Shown: in pieces, positions 1 through 10,955 of the stretch
Numbering within the stretch: the first letter of the stretch is position 1
Layout: each line of letters starts with the position of its first letter
Assembly (NCBI GenBank): GCA_963845245.1
Contig: CAWJRJ010000017.1
Location: 96,001-160,000 of the forward strand
DNA length: 64,000 nucleotides
Direction: 5' to 3'
Origin: Nitrospirota bacterium
GTDB lineage: Bacteria > Nitrospirota > JACRHJ01
Position numbers and translations under genes: made by a program
The notes under the pieces: generated by a model
Told to the model about the DNA's origin: nothing
What the model saw: only the letters and a program-made list of their open reading frames with translations
Database searches by the model: none

Positions 1-236
1 TAAATTAGTATTAGTATTTTTATGTTGATTTAATCAATTATAGAATATATTATTGATGTAAGTAATAAATAAGCCAAAACTTCTATTAAATTTACTGTAT
101 ATATAGAAATTAGCTTGTAAATACAACAGGAGTTAAATATAAAACGGAAGGAGGTTGTATCATAATATACTGATATTAAAATGGGCTGAATAGTATGTAA
201 TATGTGGAATTTTACCATGAGTTTTAAGGAGGCCTA

Positions 237-1583
237 ATGAGAAGGTTGTTTAAAGTATGGTTGTTAACTGTTTCCATGATTGTCCTTACCGCCGCGGCTG
301 CGCTTGCCGCCTCTATCACGTCGGCTACAGTAGATTATGCCACCAACCAACTTGCCATAACTGGCACTGGATTTTCAACTTCACCCAATATTGTCTTTAA
401 TGGCTCCTCGTTAACGGTCGTAGGTACGCCGACCTCGACAAATGTTACCGCTCAGTTGCCAGGCGGTATTGGGCAGGGCTCGTATAAGCTGACAGTCGGT
501 AGTTCACCAGCATTTGAAGTGACATACGGCGCGGTTGGTCCTCAGGGCCCGGTTGGTGCGACCGGTGCTACAGGAGCGACAGGAACTAGCGGTGCTACAG
601 GCCCTCAGGGGCCAGTTGGTTTGACGGGTGCCACAGGCGCTACCGGCCCTCAAGGTCCGCAGGGCTTGAAAGGCGACACGGGCTTGACTGGTCCGGCCGG
701 CCAGTCAGATGTATGTCTTAAGTCATACAGGGCGGCAATGAAGCAGTGGTATCCGAAAACCTACCCCGTGGGGGATGAGCCCTGGAGTTTGGACTTCGAT
801 GGCGCCAACATCTGGGTGGCTAACGGATACGCAAATACCGTGACTAAACTAAAAGCCTGCGATGGTTCGCTCGTGGCTACATACAGCGTTACAAGTGCTC
901 AGCGCGTAGTATTCGATGGCGCAAACGTATGGGTCGGCGGCTATGTCGGTGGTACGGGGTCCGTTACCAAGATGCGCGCCAGTGACGGGACAGTCTTGGG
1001 CACATATACCGTAGACGGCTACCCCATGGCTTTCGACGGTGACAACGTTTGGTTTGCGAACAATTGGAACGGCAACGTTACCAAGATGCGCGCCAGTGAC
1101 GGTGCCATCCTGGGCACATATAACATAGGGCAGTCTTATGGCATGGCTTTCGATGGCACCTACATCTGGGTGTCGAACCGGTACGCCTTTAACGTTACCA
1201 AAATGAATGCCAGCAACGGGACAATCATAGGCACTTATCCCGTGGGTAGCTATCCCGCTTGCGTAGCCTTTGATGGCGCTAACATCTGGGTGGCAAACAA
1301 TAACGACAACACCGTGACCAAGCTGAATGCCAGTGACGGGTCCCTGATAGGCACGTACAATGTGGGGAACAACCCCTTTGGCGTAGCCTTCGATGGTGCC
1401 CACATCTGGGTGTCGAATGCTTGGAGCGGTAACGTAAGCGAATTAAAGGCCAGTGACGGCTCTCTCGTGGGCACCTACACGGTTCCCAATGCGTACGGCG
1501 TCGTTTTCGACGGCGTAAATATCTGGGTTACGAGCCTCGCGAGCTACAATACCGTGACTAAGCTGCCCGTCCTCCAGTATTAA
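237..1583 (+). CDS. Secreted protein: signal peptide, IPT/TIG-like domain, collagen triple-helix repeat, 7-bladed YVTN/Vgb-like beta-propeller
   Basis: RBS AAGGAGG before ATG; hydrophobic signal; 20 Gly-X-Y triplets; about 7 repeats of (A)FDGxNIWVxNxxxxxVTKLxASDGxxxGTY. Confidence 0.8.
   Translation: MRRLFKVWLLTVSMIVLTAAAALAASITSATVDYATNQLAITGTGFSTSPNIVFNGSSLTVVGTPTSTNVTAQLPGGIGQGSYKLTVGSSPAFEVTYGAVGPQGPVGATGATGATGTSGATGPQGPVGLTGATGATGPQGPQGLKGDTGLTGPAGQSDVCLKSYRAAMKQWYPKTYPVGDEPWSLDFDGANIWVANGYANTVTKLKACDGSLVATYSVTSAQRVVFDGANVWVGGYVGGTGSVTKMRASDGTVLGTYTVDGYPMAFDGDNVWFANNWNGNVTKMRASDGAILGTYNIGQSYGMAFDGTYIWVSNRYAFNVTKMNASNGTIIGTYPVGSYPACVAFDGANIWVANNNDNTVTKLNASDGSLIGTYNVGNNPFGVAFDGAHIWVSNAWSGNVSELKASDGSLVGTYTVPNAYGVVFDGVNIWVTSLASYNTVTKLPVLQY
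528..707 (+). repeat. Collagen-like (Gly-X-Y)20 coding repeat
   Basis: [12 protein letters not shown] ... GPA GQS counted directly. Confidence 0.95.
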
Positions 1584-1640
1584 AATACCAGGATTTGAAG
1601 TAATGCCCCCTCATTCGACTTAAGAGGGTGGGGGAGACAT

Positions 1641-1677
1641 GATAAAGAAAGCCCGCTTCGGCGGGCTTTTCTTTATC
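1641..1677. terminator. Bidirectional intrinsic terminator between convergent genes
   Basis: gataaagaaagcccgc-ttcg-gcgggcttttctttatc hairpin with A/T tails. Confidence 0.9.
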
Positions 1678-1700
1678 TAATTCATCAGAGCTTCAAGTGA

Positions 1701-2717
1701 CTACCTCCCGACTACCAGGACCACAAAGCTGTCCTTTACCATCGCTGGACGCGGTCTAGGGTTCTCAGCGGTCGGCGCAGGGGGCGGCATAAACTGCGCG
1801 GTCGGCAGGTAGATGTTGTGGGCCTTCGGGTCGATAGCCATCGTGCGTGCTCCGCGCTGTGTAGCCACGGTCTCGGCCACCTCGAACTTGCCGGGTGAAG
1901 ACTCACGTACCACGGTCATGGTGCCCTCTCCATTAGAGCTGAACGCAAGTCCCATCTTCGGGTCGTAACCGGCCCCGTCGACTCCTTCACCGATAGGAAC
2001 AATAGCGACCATCTTGCCTGATTCCGTGTCCACGATTGCCATGAGCTTGTTGTGGCATACCGAGAAGACACGGTGGTGCTCTGCATCGATCGCCAGTCCC
2101 GTGGGCTCTTCGCAAGGTTTGAGTGACACACGCTTTGTCACGGCAAGCTTTTTGCTCTCTATTGTTACCAACTCGTTTGTGTCTTCGATGTTCACATATA
2201 CCTTGCCCTTTTCGTCCGCCACCGCGAATTCAGGCTTCCCTCCAAGCGCAATAGTAGCGGCAACCTTTCCGGTGGCCGCGTCGAACACTGTGGCGTCTTT
2301 GCTTTTGCCATTGAAGGTGAACACCCTCTTAGACGCAGGGTCGTAGAGTATGGCGTCGGGGTTTGTACCAGTATTTACATTGCCTATGACCTTGAGCGTC
2401 TTCAGGTCGAAAATGGTCGAAGTGTCCGCCCGCCCATTGCTGGTGAATCCGCGGTTAAGCTCAGGCGCCACCGCTATCCCGTGCACGCCTTGGGTGTCTG
2501 GTATATCGCCTGTCAGTTTGTCCGTGTCGATGTCCACCACCATCACGTGGCTGCCCCGGGAAATATACAGCCTCCGTGCAGCGCCGTCTACGGTCAGGTA
2601 GTCCCAGCCGCCTTCGCCGCCGAGTTGCAGTTTTTTTATCACGTGGTATCCTGGCTCAGCCGCATAACATGCACCGCTTATAAATAAACCGCAAAGCAAC
2701 AATACAAGTTTCTTCAA
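1701..2717 (-). CDS. YncE/YVTN-family periplasmic beta-propeller protein
   Basis: Signal peptide, GGEGGWDYL motif, NPDAILYD / GKPEFAVAD / GARTMA repeats; TTG start. Confidence 0.8.
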   Translation of the reverse strand: MKKLVLLLCGLFISGACYAAEPGYHVIKKLQLGGEGGWDYLTVDGAARRLYISRGSHVMVVDIDTDKLTGDIPDTQGVHGIAVAPELNRGFTSNGRADTSTIFDLKTLKVIGNVNTGTNPDAILYDPASKRVFTFNGKSKDATVFDAATGKVAATIALGGKPEFAVADEKGKVYVNIEDTNELVTIESKKLAVTKRVSLKPCEEPTGLAIDAEHHRVFSVCHNKLMAIVDTESGKMVAIVPIGEGVDGAGYDPKMGLAFSSNGEGTMTVVRESSPGKFEVAETVATQRGARTMAIDPKAHNIYLPTAQFMPPPAPTAENPRPRPAMVKDSFVVLVVGR

Positions 2718-2740
2718 GTTTCAGCCGCCTTTCGCATAAT

Positions 2741-3193
2741 TTACTTTGCCCCTATCGGTATATAGTCTATCTCCTCGAAACGGCCCAGTCTGCCAATCTC
2801 GTAGTGGTAATAGCTCCCGGTTATTGTCAAGGCCTTCTCTTTTCCATTGAGTTTCATAGTTATCCTGAACGGTGAGGCAGGATAAAAAGTCGGGTCAATG
2901 AGAGGGTACTTGGGAGTCCCTGACGAGGAGTTCACCACATTGCCCTGTTCGTCCAGCCCAACCAGCTCAAGCTGGACACCACGCAGCCCCTCGTCGTGGT
3001 TGAAAGGCTCGACGAACCCTTCGGCAACGACGGTATCGCTGTCCGTCTTGGTGATGTTCCAATGCACCTTTAAGTATATTGTGTGCTTGTGGAACTGGTA
3101 ATCCTGCACCTTGTAAGGCGCTAACATACTGGATCCATACGCGGTGCTTGCAAGGAGCAGCAGCAGTATGGCGGCAAGCGCTAATTTTTTCAT
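2741..3193 (-). CDS. Hypothetical exported protein
   Basis: GAGGAGG RBS upstream of ATG at 3193; MKKLALAAILLLLLASTAYG signal peptide. Confidence 0.6.
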   Translation of the reverse strand: MKKLALAAILLLLLASTAYGSSMLAPYKVQDYQFHKHTIYLKVHWNITKTDSDTVVAEGFVEPFNHDEGLRGVQLELVGLDEQGNVVNSSSGTPKYPLIDPTFYPASPFRITMKLNGKEKALTITGSYYHYEIGRLGRFEEIDYIPIGAK

Positions 3194-3419
3194 AGGAGTT
3201 ACCTCCTCTTTAGCCCAAACTAACAATCCTATTTATATTATAAGACGAAAAGCAGCCGATGGTCGTTACAAATTTGTGTATAATTAATTATAATCAAGGA
3301 GGGTAGTATGGCAAAGAGTGGCTGCGGTCAGTTAACGGTATCCGCAGGGGCGGGGCCATGGAGCCTTGACGCCAAGCGAGGGAAGTGACACGTCGCCATG
3401 CCCGGCATATACTAATATT

Positions 3420-5085
3420 ATGAATGGAAGACGCGTTTATCCACGCATTCTGGTCTGGCTCTCCGGCATTACGGTAGCGCTCCTGTTTATCGTATTTGCT
3501 GGCTCGTACCTTTTCGATGGTCAGCTTCGTTCGTACATGGAGCGGGATATAAACCGGGAACTGAAAGGGTACACCGTGACCCTTGAAGGCGCGCACTTCC
3601 AGCCACTCGATATCGGCCTGACCCTGAAAGGCGTCACCATTGCCCAGGACGCCAACCCCAAGCCACCAATCGCGTATTTCCCGGTATTCAAGGCCAGCCT
3701 CAACTGGCTGCCGCTCATGCGGGGACGCGTAGTGGGTGAGCTGCACCTTGAAAGCCCCAGGCTGCACATTGACCTTACCCAGTTGCTCCATGAGGCCGCC
3801 CGGAAATTCCCCGTGAAGAAAGGCGGGTGGCAGCAGGCATTTGCGGCTATATACCCGCTAAAGATAAACCGGCTGACAATCAGCGACGGCGACTTCACTT
3901 ACATCGACACAGACCCCAAAAGACCGCTCCACATTTCAAAGCTGAGTGTGACGTCGTCCAACATCCGAAACATCGACTCGCCTGATAAGACCTACCCCTC
4001 GCCCTTTCACTTGGATGGCATTATCTTCGACAAGGGAAGCCTGACGATCGACGGCTCAGCGGACTACATGGACAAGCCGTTCCTAGGTATTAAGGCTTCA
4101 TACCGGCTGGGCGGTGCCCCGCTAGACGGCTTCAAGCCGGTGCTCGCCCGTGGAAACCTTAAGCTCTCGGGCGGCATGATAGACAGCACGGGCGAACTCG
4201 AATACTCTGCCAGGGTAAAGAACGCGCACGTGACAGATTTCGCAATAAAGGCTGTGCGGCTCGACTATGTCCATTCGTACGGCTACGGCCAGGGCCGAGG
4301 AGGCACGCGTGGAGAAGGTGAAGGAGGTCGCGAAAAAGGCGGCCGCCGAGTCAGGTCTTGTCATGCGCGTTGACCGGCTGCGCATAAGCGACAGCGAGTT
4401 CGGATACTTGAACCAGGCCACGAGCACGCCATACCGCGCATACTTCACGGACTTCAACTTAACCATGACCAACCTGTCCAACCGGTTCAGCCGTGGCACG
4501 GCGGACGCCCGCATGACAGGGAAGTTCATGGGCAACGGGCCCACGACCGCCACCGCCTCGTTCAGGCCTGAGACCCATGGGCCGGACTTCGACCTGAATA
4601 TCGCCGTGAGGGATACGCGGCTTGACACGATGAATAACCTTGTCAGGGCGTACAGCAACCTGGACCTGTCAGGCGGGCAGTTCGCTATGGACCTGGACGT
4701 GCATATAAAGAACGGACAGATCAATGGATATATACAGCCCTTCTTCAAGGATATGGTGGTCTCCGACAGGCGCAATGAAAGCGAGAAGAAGCTATCGCAC
4801 ACGCTCTATGTGGCGTTCCTTAACGTAGTAACGAAGGTCTTTAAAGACCGGGAGAGCAATACGGTCGCGACCCGTGCGACCATATCCGGCACCGTCCAGG
4901 ACCCGAAGGTCAGCACTACCGAGATCATCGGGAACCTTATAAAGAACGCCTTCTTCCACTCCATCCTGCCCGGGATAGAGAAGGAGGCCTCTTCGGCGCA
5001 GGCGGGCAAGAAAACACGCGCCATTGAAAGCAGCTTCCCGCATACCTTTTTTCTTGTATTCAAGCTGCCTGCTGCGCTACACTGA
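3420..5085 (+). CDS. DUF748/AsmA-like domain protein (frameshift near 4278)
   Basis: Two overlapping ORFs (3366-4373 and 4267-5085) give one N-anchored beta-rich AsmA-like protein. Confidence 0.6.
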
Positions 5086-5115
5086 TACTCATCGCAATAA
5101 CCATCAAATATAACT

Positions 5116-6370
5116 ATGTCCAGCACGAAAAAAAATATCGCCGGTCTCCCCCTTAAACTCTTTGGCCGTGAGGCCTTCCGCGCCCTCTCCCGGAACAAGA
5201 TGCGCAGCACTCTATCTGCAATCGGGATTGCCGTCGGCATCGCCGCGGTGGTCTGCGTGGTTGCCCTCGGCACGGCCGGTTCGCAGCAGGCCGAACTTCA
5301 GCTCCAGAACCTGGGGGACAACCTCGTATGGGTCGAGGCGGGTTCCCGGAACGTGAACGGTGTGCGGTCCGGCAGCCACGGGATGACTTCCCTTACCATG
5401 GGAGACGTGGAAGCAATCAGAAATGATGTGCCGCTCATCAAAAGCGTATCTCCTAACGTGGACGGGACCATAGGCGTTATCGCGGGTAACCGCAACTGGA
5501 CGACACACTTCCGCGGCGTCACCCCCAATTATCTGGAGATCAGGCGCTGGGAAATCGCGGAAGGGGCCCCGTTCACGGACGCGGACGTGACGCGCAGCGC
5601 CAATGTCTGCCTGATAGGTCAGATAGTGTGCGACCAGCTCTTCGGACCTGACGAGGCGGTCGGCCGGGACATCCGGATGAACAACAGGATATTCCGTGTG
5701 GTCGGCGTGCTGCGCCGTGAAAGGCCAGTCAAGCTCCGGGCAGGACCAGGACGACACCATCATCTTGCCCTATACCACGGTGCAGAACAAACTGAAGGGC
5801 CAGGGTTTCACATGGCTGGACGACATCATGTGTTCGGCAGTCTCAATGACGGACGCCGAACCGGCGATCGACCGGATCAACGCCCTTCTGCGCCAGCGGC
5901 ACCACCTCCAGCCCGACCAGCCGGACGATTTCAACATCCGTCATCCTGAAGACGTCATCAAGGCCATGATTGCCGCCAAACGGACGTTTTCGCTCTTTCT
6001 CATAAGCGTCGCCTGTATCGCCCTGCTTGTCGGCGGGATCGGGATAATGAATGTTATGCTTGTATCGGTTACAGAGAGGACGCGGGAAATCGGCATACGC
6101 CTCGCCGTCGGGGCCACGGCTAAGGATATTCATCTTCAGTTCCTGGCGGAGTCCATCATGCTGGGCCTGTTCGGCGGCCTGCTTGGGGTCTTTGTCGGAG
6201 TAGGGGGCTCTTTCATTATAGGCTACGTCTTTAAATGGCCCATGTCCATCCCTGTTCAAGCCCTGATTGTCGCTCCGCTATTTTCAATCGGGGTGGGCAT
6301 CTCCTCCGGCTTCTATCCGGCGTGGAAGGCCTCCCAGCTCGACCCGATCACCGCCCTACGTCTTGATTGA
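5116..6370 (+). CDS. MacB-family ABC transporter permease (frameshift near 5713)
   Basis: RSTLSAIGIAVG N-terminus; VGGIGIMNVMLVSVTERTREIGIRLAVGA and PAWKASQLDPITALR FtsX-like C-terminus, split across two frames. Confidence 0.85.
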
Positions 6371-6406
6371 GTTATACGCTTCCCAAACCTGTGTTATCTT
6401 AATAGT

Positions 6407-7270
6407 ATGATCAAATACGGCATAGTAGTGCATGGGGGCGCAGGGTCGCCTGAAAGCTTCTCCGATGGCTGCAGGAAGACCTGTGAGGCCGGGTCCCGCA
6501 TGCTGAAAATCGGCAAGTCCTCCCTTGACGCAGTGGTCGAGGCTGTGAGGATGCTGGAGAACGATAAGCGGTTCAATGCGGGGTATGGTTCTGCGCTTCG
6601 CATCGACGGGAAAACAGTGGAGATGGACGCCGCCCTGATGAGTTCTATCGGTGATATCGGCATCGTCATAAACATCCGGGACGTCAAGAACCCCATACTC
6701 CTCGCACGCGCCATCCTCGATACTCCGCATGTGGCCCTCGCAGGGCGCGGTGCGGAAGAGTTCGCAAGGGAGCTCGGTTTTAAACCATTCTCCCGCATTC
6801 CATCGGAATCAATAAAGCGTTATCACGAGTTGACGAAGGCCCTCAAGGATACATCCCCGGAGGAACGAAGCCGGTTCTGGGAGAAGTATATACCATCCGA
6901 TACGGTGGGGGCGGTGGCCGTCGACAGGGACGGGGTCTTCGCCGTAGCCACATCCACGGGCGGCGCTGTCCCGATGATGGTCGGGAGGGTAGGGGATGCC
7001 CCTATGCCCGGATGCGGCTTTTATTGCGGAGAACACGGCGCGGTGGCCTTTACGGGGCTGGGGGAAGAGATCATCAAAAAGATGTCTTCTAAGTTTGTTT
7101 ATGATTTATTGGCCAGGGGAGCCGGTACGGAGAATGCATGCCGGGAAGCGCTGGAGCTTTTCCCGCCTGCACTCAGGACCGGGGCCATAGCGATTTCAAA
7201 AGATGGTCATGCGGCCATCTCGAACAAAGGCATGGCGAGTCATGCCATAGTCTTGACAAACCCACGCTAG
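6407..7270 (+). CDS. Isoaspartyl peptidase/L-asparaginase (Ntn hydrolase)
   Basis: VHGGAG, FNAGYGS, DTVGAVA (catalytic Thr), TSTGG and GRVGD motifs. Confidence 0.9.
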   Translation: MIKYGIVVHGGAGSPESFSDGCRKTCEAGSRMLKIGKSSLDAVVEAVRMLENDKRFNAGYGSALRIDGKTVEMDAALMSSIGDIGIVINIRDVKNPILLARAILDTPHVALAGRGAEEFARELGFKPFSRIPSESIKRYHELTKALKDTSPEERSRFWEKYIPSDTVGAVAVDRDGVFAVATSTGGAVPMMVGRVGDAPMPGCGFYCGEHGAVAFTGLGEEIIKKMSSKFVYDLLARGAGTENACREALELFPPALRTGAIAISKDGHAAISNKGMASHAIVLTNPR

Positions 7271-7355
7271 CTTTAGGCATTGTGTTTGGGGTGTTATTCT
7301 GGACGCGGACGCAGCAACCAAAAGAAGGACGGGGTGCAGGTGTTTCATGCCCAAT

Positions 7356-7976
7356 TCAATTTGCCTCATCTTGAATCAAAGGCCCTATCGCTCCCGACAT
7401 TTCCCTGCTTAACCCTTCAAAAGCCCGGCTCATAGCCGCGACCCGAGCCGCGTATCCAGTACCTTCTATCTTCTCCTCTACTGTGTTTGTACGAAGTGGT
7501 ACCACGGCTGCTCCGTCCTTACCCGTCAATATCCATTGCGCTCTTAGAAAAACAGTCCCTCCGGGCATTATGTCAAGTCGAACGATGTCAACTCTCAGCC
7601 TGTAGTCCACGGCCATGGCCGGCCTGGTCATAGAGACCTGGGTACCTTCCCGCGCGAGGAGTAATGTCAGGTCATCCATAAGCACCCGCGTGATGTCATC
7701 CCGAAGCGAACCGGCCCATCTGTTATATTCGGACACTACGAGTTCGTTCTGACCGCTCCGGGAGACTATTTGTGGTCTATCCAGGTAGTCCGGTATGTCA
7801 ACCGGGTCCAGCCTTATTGTTATGGCGCGGCCTTCCGGTGACGCGCCCTTCTTCGGCTCTGCGCCTTCCGTAGAGCTTAATGAATAAAACTTCGCTGGTA
7901 TCGTGCTGCCGCAGCCGGACGAAAAAAGTGCGCATGCAAAAAAAAGTAGTATAAACCTGGATATGTGTTTATGCAA
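7356..7976 (-). CDS. PqiC-family ABC transport auxiliary lipoprotein
   Basis: Lipobox SSGC; IPDYLDRPQIV and RWA motifs; last gene of the Mla-type operon. Confidence 0.85.
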   Translation of the reverse strand: MHKHISRFILLFFACALFSSGCGSTIPAKFYSLSSTEGAEPKKGASPEGRAITIRLDPVDIPDYLDRPQIVSRSGQNELVVSEYNRWAGSLRDDITRVLMDDLTLLLAREGTQVSMTRPAMAVDYRLRVDIVRLDIMPGGTVFLRAQWILTGKDGAAVVPLRTNTVEEKIEGTGYAARVAAMSRAFEGLSREMSGAIGPLIQDEAN

Positions 7977-7979
7977 CGT

Positions 7980-9008
7980 TCATTCTCCTTTGGAGCCGGG
8001 CTTGCCCTGAAGCATGGATTCAGGGTGCCGTTCGAGGTAATCGGCAAGCGTGTTCACCGAACGGGCGGCCGCGGAAACATCTTTCAGGGTCCTGTTGAGC
8101 TCATGCCCCGTGTTCGCGTTGTCTTCCGCAACTGCCTGTACCGCCTTCAGGGTACTTTCAGCCTGTCTGAGCGCCTCTGAGGCAGTCTGCAGTGCCTTGT
8201 TGACTTCGGCAGGAACACCGTCCTTTGAGGAGAGCGCTTTCTCGACCTGGGCAAGCGTCCTCTCAGCCTGGGCAAGCGCCGTGCGCGAGGCGCCCAAGGT
8301 TTCCTTCAGGTCCGCCATGACCGGCTTGACTTGCGAATCGACATTCTTCACCAGCCTATCGGTATCCTTCAGCGTGTCGTGGAGCGAAGCTATGCTCCCT
8401 TTTAACTCCGGAGAGTTGGCTATCTTGTCCAGGCTGTCGACGACATGCGTTATATTCTTTAGGAGTTCACCAAGTTTCAGGTCTTTAAGCGTCTTCGAGA
8501 GTTCCTCCATGTCGCCAGGGACAGTCGGGATCTCTGGGTATCGCTTCTCTATCCCGGTAAGCCTGACCGGCTTGTCCGGGAAGAAGTCCAGGTATACCAT
8601 GGACTGGCCCGTGACGAAGCTCTGTAGCTGAAGCTGCGCCTTCAGGCCCTTGTCTATCAGAGGGTTGATGTAGGCGTATTTTGTCCTTGTGATTTCAAGA
8701 AGTGGTCTCTGATCCTGAGGGACGGAAAACTTGTCCGGGTCTATCTCTACATAGACAGGGACCTCACCGCTCAAGGTCTTGGGGTCTACCCGTAACTGGA
8801 TATCCGTCACCTGCCCTATTGCTACCCCGCGGAATATCACAGGCGCGCCGACGTTCAGGCCTTTCACCGAGCCAGGAAAGACCATCACGAACTTCTTCGT
8901 CTGCTTGAAGAACCTGCCCGATCCGAACACCAGCACCGCCGTGACGGCTAGTGCCATTGCACCCATGACAAAAACCCCGATGAGTGTCTTGCTCACAGGT
9001 TTGCTCAT
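7980..9008 (-). CDS. MlaD/PqiB-family MCE domain protein
   Basis: GSVKGLNVGAPVIFRGVAIGQV MCE motif; C-terminal LADYLERHPESML. Confidence 0.9.
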   Translation of the reverse strand: MSKPVSKTLIGVFVMGAMALAVTAVLVFGSGRFFKQTKKFVMVFPGSVKGLNVGAPVIFRGVAIGQVTDIQLRVDPKTLSGEVPVYVEIDPDKFSVPQDQRPLLEITRTKYAYINPLIDKGLKAQLQLQSFVTGQSMVYLDFFPDKPVRLTGIEKRYPEIPTVPGDMEELSKTLKDLKLGELLKNITHVVDSLDKIANSPELKGSIASLHDTLKDTDRLVKNVDSQVKPVMADLKETLGASRTALAQAERTLAQVEKALSSKDGVPAEVNKALQTASEALRQAESTLKAVQAVAEDNANTGHELNRTLKDVSAAARSVNTLADYLERHPESMLQGKPGSKGE

Positions 9009-9019
9009 CCCGCCGCTCC

Positions 9020-9805
9020 TTATGAAGCCTTTGCCCCCGCCGCGCCGCGCGTGAGGAAGTTGAAAACCTTCGGGTCCCGGTGCTCTTCCAGCAGCTTCTT
9101 CGGGTGTCCATGAGCTGTCATAGTTTTCGTGTCCACGTCCAGGAACACCGAGTTGTTCCCAATCGAGAAGATGCTCGCCAGTTCGTGCGTTACCACGACG
9201 ACCGTAGAGCCAAGAGAGTCCCTGATCTCCAGGATCAGGTCGTCGAGCAGCCGCGCGCTCACCGGGTCAAGCCCGGCTGAGGGCTCGTCGAAAAACAGTA
9301 TGTCAGGGTCGAGCGCCATTGCCCGGGCAAGTCCCGCCCGCTTCCTCATCCCACCGCTTAACTCTGAGGGGTAATAATCTCCGAAACCGGCGAGCCCCAC
9401 GAGGGAAAGCTTCAGGGATACAATCTCCCTTACCTGACCAGGCTTCAGCCCTGTGTACTGTTCGAGCGGAAGCGCGATATTCTCGGCGAGCGTCATCGAA
9501 CTCCAGAGCGCACCGCTCTGGTAGAGGACGCCGAAGCGTCTCATGATGTTATCTCTGTCGCCGTGCTCAGAGTCCCAAAGGCTCACCCCGTCGTACAGTA
9601 CCTGCCCTCTGGCGGGCTCCTTGAGCCCGATCATTATTTTGAGCAAGGTGCTCTTGCCGCATCCGCTCCCGCCCATGATGATGAAGATGTCACCTTTGTT
9701 CACCGTGAAGTTGATATCGCGCATCAGGACGAAGCCGCCGTAACCCATGTCCAGATCGCGCACCTCGATGACTGGTTGAGACGATAATACCGGATTGTCC
9801 GTCAT
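9020..9805 (-). CDS. MlaF-like ABC ATP-binding protein
   Basis: Walker A GGSGCGKS, LSGGMRKR signature, FFDEPSAGLDP. Confidence 0.93.
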   Translation of the reverse strand: MTDNPVLSSQPVIEVRDLDMGYGGFVLMRDINFTVNKGDIFIIMGGSGCGKSTLLKIMIGLKEPARGQVLYDGVSLWDSEHGDRDNIMRRFGVLYQSGALWSSMTLAENIALPLEQYTGLKPGQVREIVSLKLSLVGLAGFGDYYPSELSGGMRKRAGLARAMALDPDILFFDEPSAGLDPVSARLLDDLILEIRDSLGSTVVVVTHELASIFSIGNNSVFLDVDTKTMTAHGHPKKLLEEHRDPKVFNFLTRGAAGAKAS

Positions 9806-9809
9806 ATTC

Positions 9810-10955
9810 TCAGATTCCTAACACTTCGCATGAAAATGTTATTACAGCTGTCGCAACGATTATGCCCACGATGGCCGTGACCACGGCGGAAGTCGTCGCC
9901 TCGCCGACGGCCGAGGCGCTCCTCCCGCACTGCATACCCCTGAGGCAGCCCGAGAGGGCCACGATGACCCCGAAGACGGCGCCGTGGAAGAGCCCGATGC
10001 AGACATTTGTCAGGCTCATCGCCTCCTTCGTCTGGTTGAAATACTGCGTGGGCGTGATGTCCAGCATGCCTACGCCCACGATGAACCCGCCCATTATCCC
10101 GCCCAAGTCGGCATAAAGGCATAGAAGCGGCATCATCAGCACCAGGGCCAGCATCCTGGGCAGCACGAGGTATTCCATGGGAGAGATGCCGAGCGTCTGG
10201 AGCGCATCTATCTCCTCATTGGTCTGCATGGTACCGAGCTGCGCGGCGAACGCGGCGCCCGTCCGTCCCGCCATGATAATGCCGGTCATTATAGCGCCCA
10301 TGACGCGTACCATTGCGATTGCGACGATGTCCGCGACGTATACCTGCGCCCCGAACATCCTTAACTGTATCGCACCCACGAACGCCAGAATGAGCCCTAC
10401 AAGCAGGCTTATCAACGCGACGATAAATAGGGCCTGCGCACCGGTCTCCTGGACGGTAAGAAAAAAGTCGTGGCGGCGGAACCTTGCACTGCCGGTCAGC
10501 ATCCTGGCAAAGGCGACCGTAGTTTCTCCAATGAAGGCGAGCATCTCTCCCACGGAGCGACAGGAAGAGACTGCGGCCTCACCCATTTTTTCGATAAAAG
10601 GCACGTGTTTTGTTTCTCTGCGCGCGCCTTTCCTCTCCGGGACCGCCGTGGCTAGTTCCAACAGCCGCCGGACGCCTTCCGGGAGGCCGGCCCTGTCCAC
10701 GGATACGCCGCCCTTGTCGCAGGCCTCCATGACCTTTATTAGGAAGGTAAGAAGCCCGCTGTCCCATCCGGCCAGACCTTTGGCCTCAAACCCAACAAGG
10801 CGTACGCCCCGTCCTGGCCCGATGTCTTTAAGTATATCGCCGGCCGCAGGGATGTCCGCGTCGAGCTTCCATTCTCCGGCTAAACGCACTAACGCAACAC
10901 CTTCCGGATGGAAGGTCATATCTGCTTCTGGCTTGATCGGCATATTATTCCGCAA
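9810..10955 (-). CDS. MlaE-family permease with N-terminal STAS-like domain
   Basis: AGRTGAAFAAQLGTMQTNEEIDAL and VGEATTSAVV MlaE motifs; WDSG STAS-like motif. Confidence 0.9.
   Translation of the reverse strand: MRNNMPIKPEADMTFHPEGVALVRLAGEWKLDADIPAAGDILKDIGPGRGVRLVGFEAKGLAGWDSGLLTFLIKVMEACDKGGVSVDRAGLPEGVRRLLELATAVPERKGARRETKHVPFIEKMGEAAVSSCRSVGEMLAFIGETTVAFARMLTGSARFRRHDFFLTVQETGAQALFIVALISLLVGLILAFVGAIQLRMFGAQVYVADIVAIAMVRVMGAIMTGIIMAGRTGAAFAAQLGTMQTNEEIDALQTLGISPMEYLVLPRMLALVLMMPLLCLYADLGGIMGGFIVGVGMLDITPTQYFNQTKEAMSLTNVCIGLFHGAVFGVIVALSGCLRGMQCGRSASAVGEATTSAVVTAIVGIIVATAVITFSCEVLGI

Noticed and set aside
30..218. 62-aa minus-strand ORF in the AT-rich region
   Set aside because: No RBS or motifs and low-complexity AT-rich sequence; more likely the regulatory region of the 237-1583 gene.
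760..1570. Propeller repeats as a DGR target or CRISPR-like array
   Set aside because: The repeats are in-frame coding repeats; no template repeat, reverse transcriptase, cas genes or repeat-spacer structure is seen in the window.
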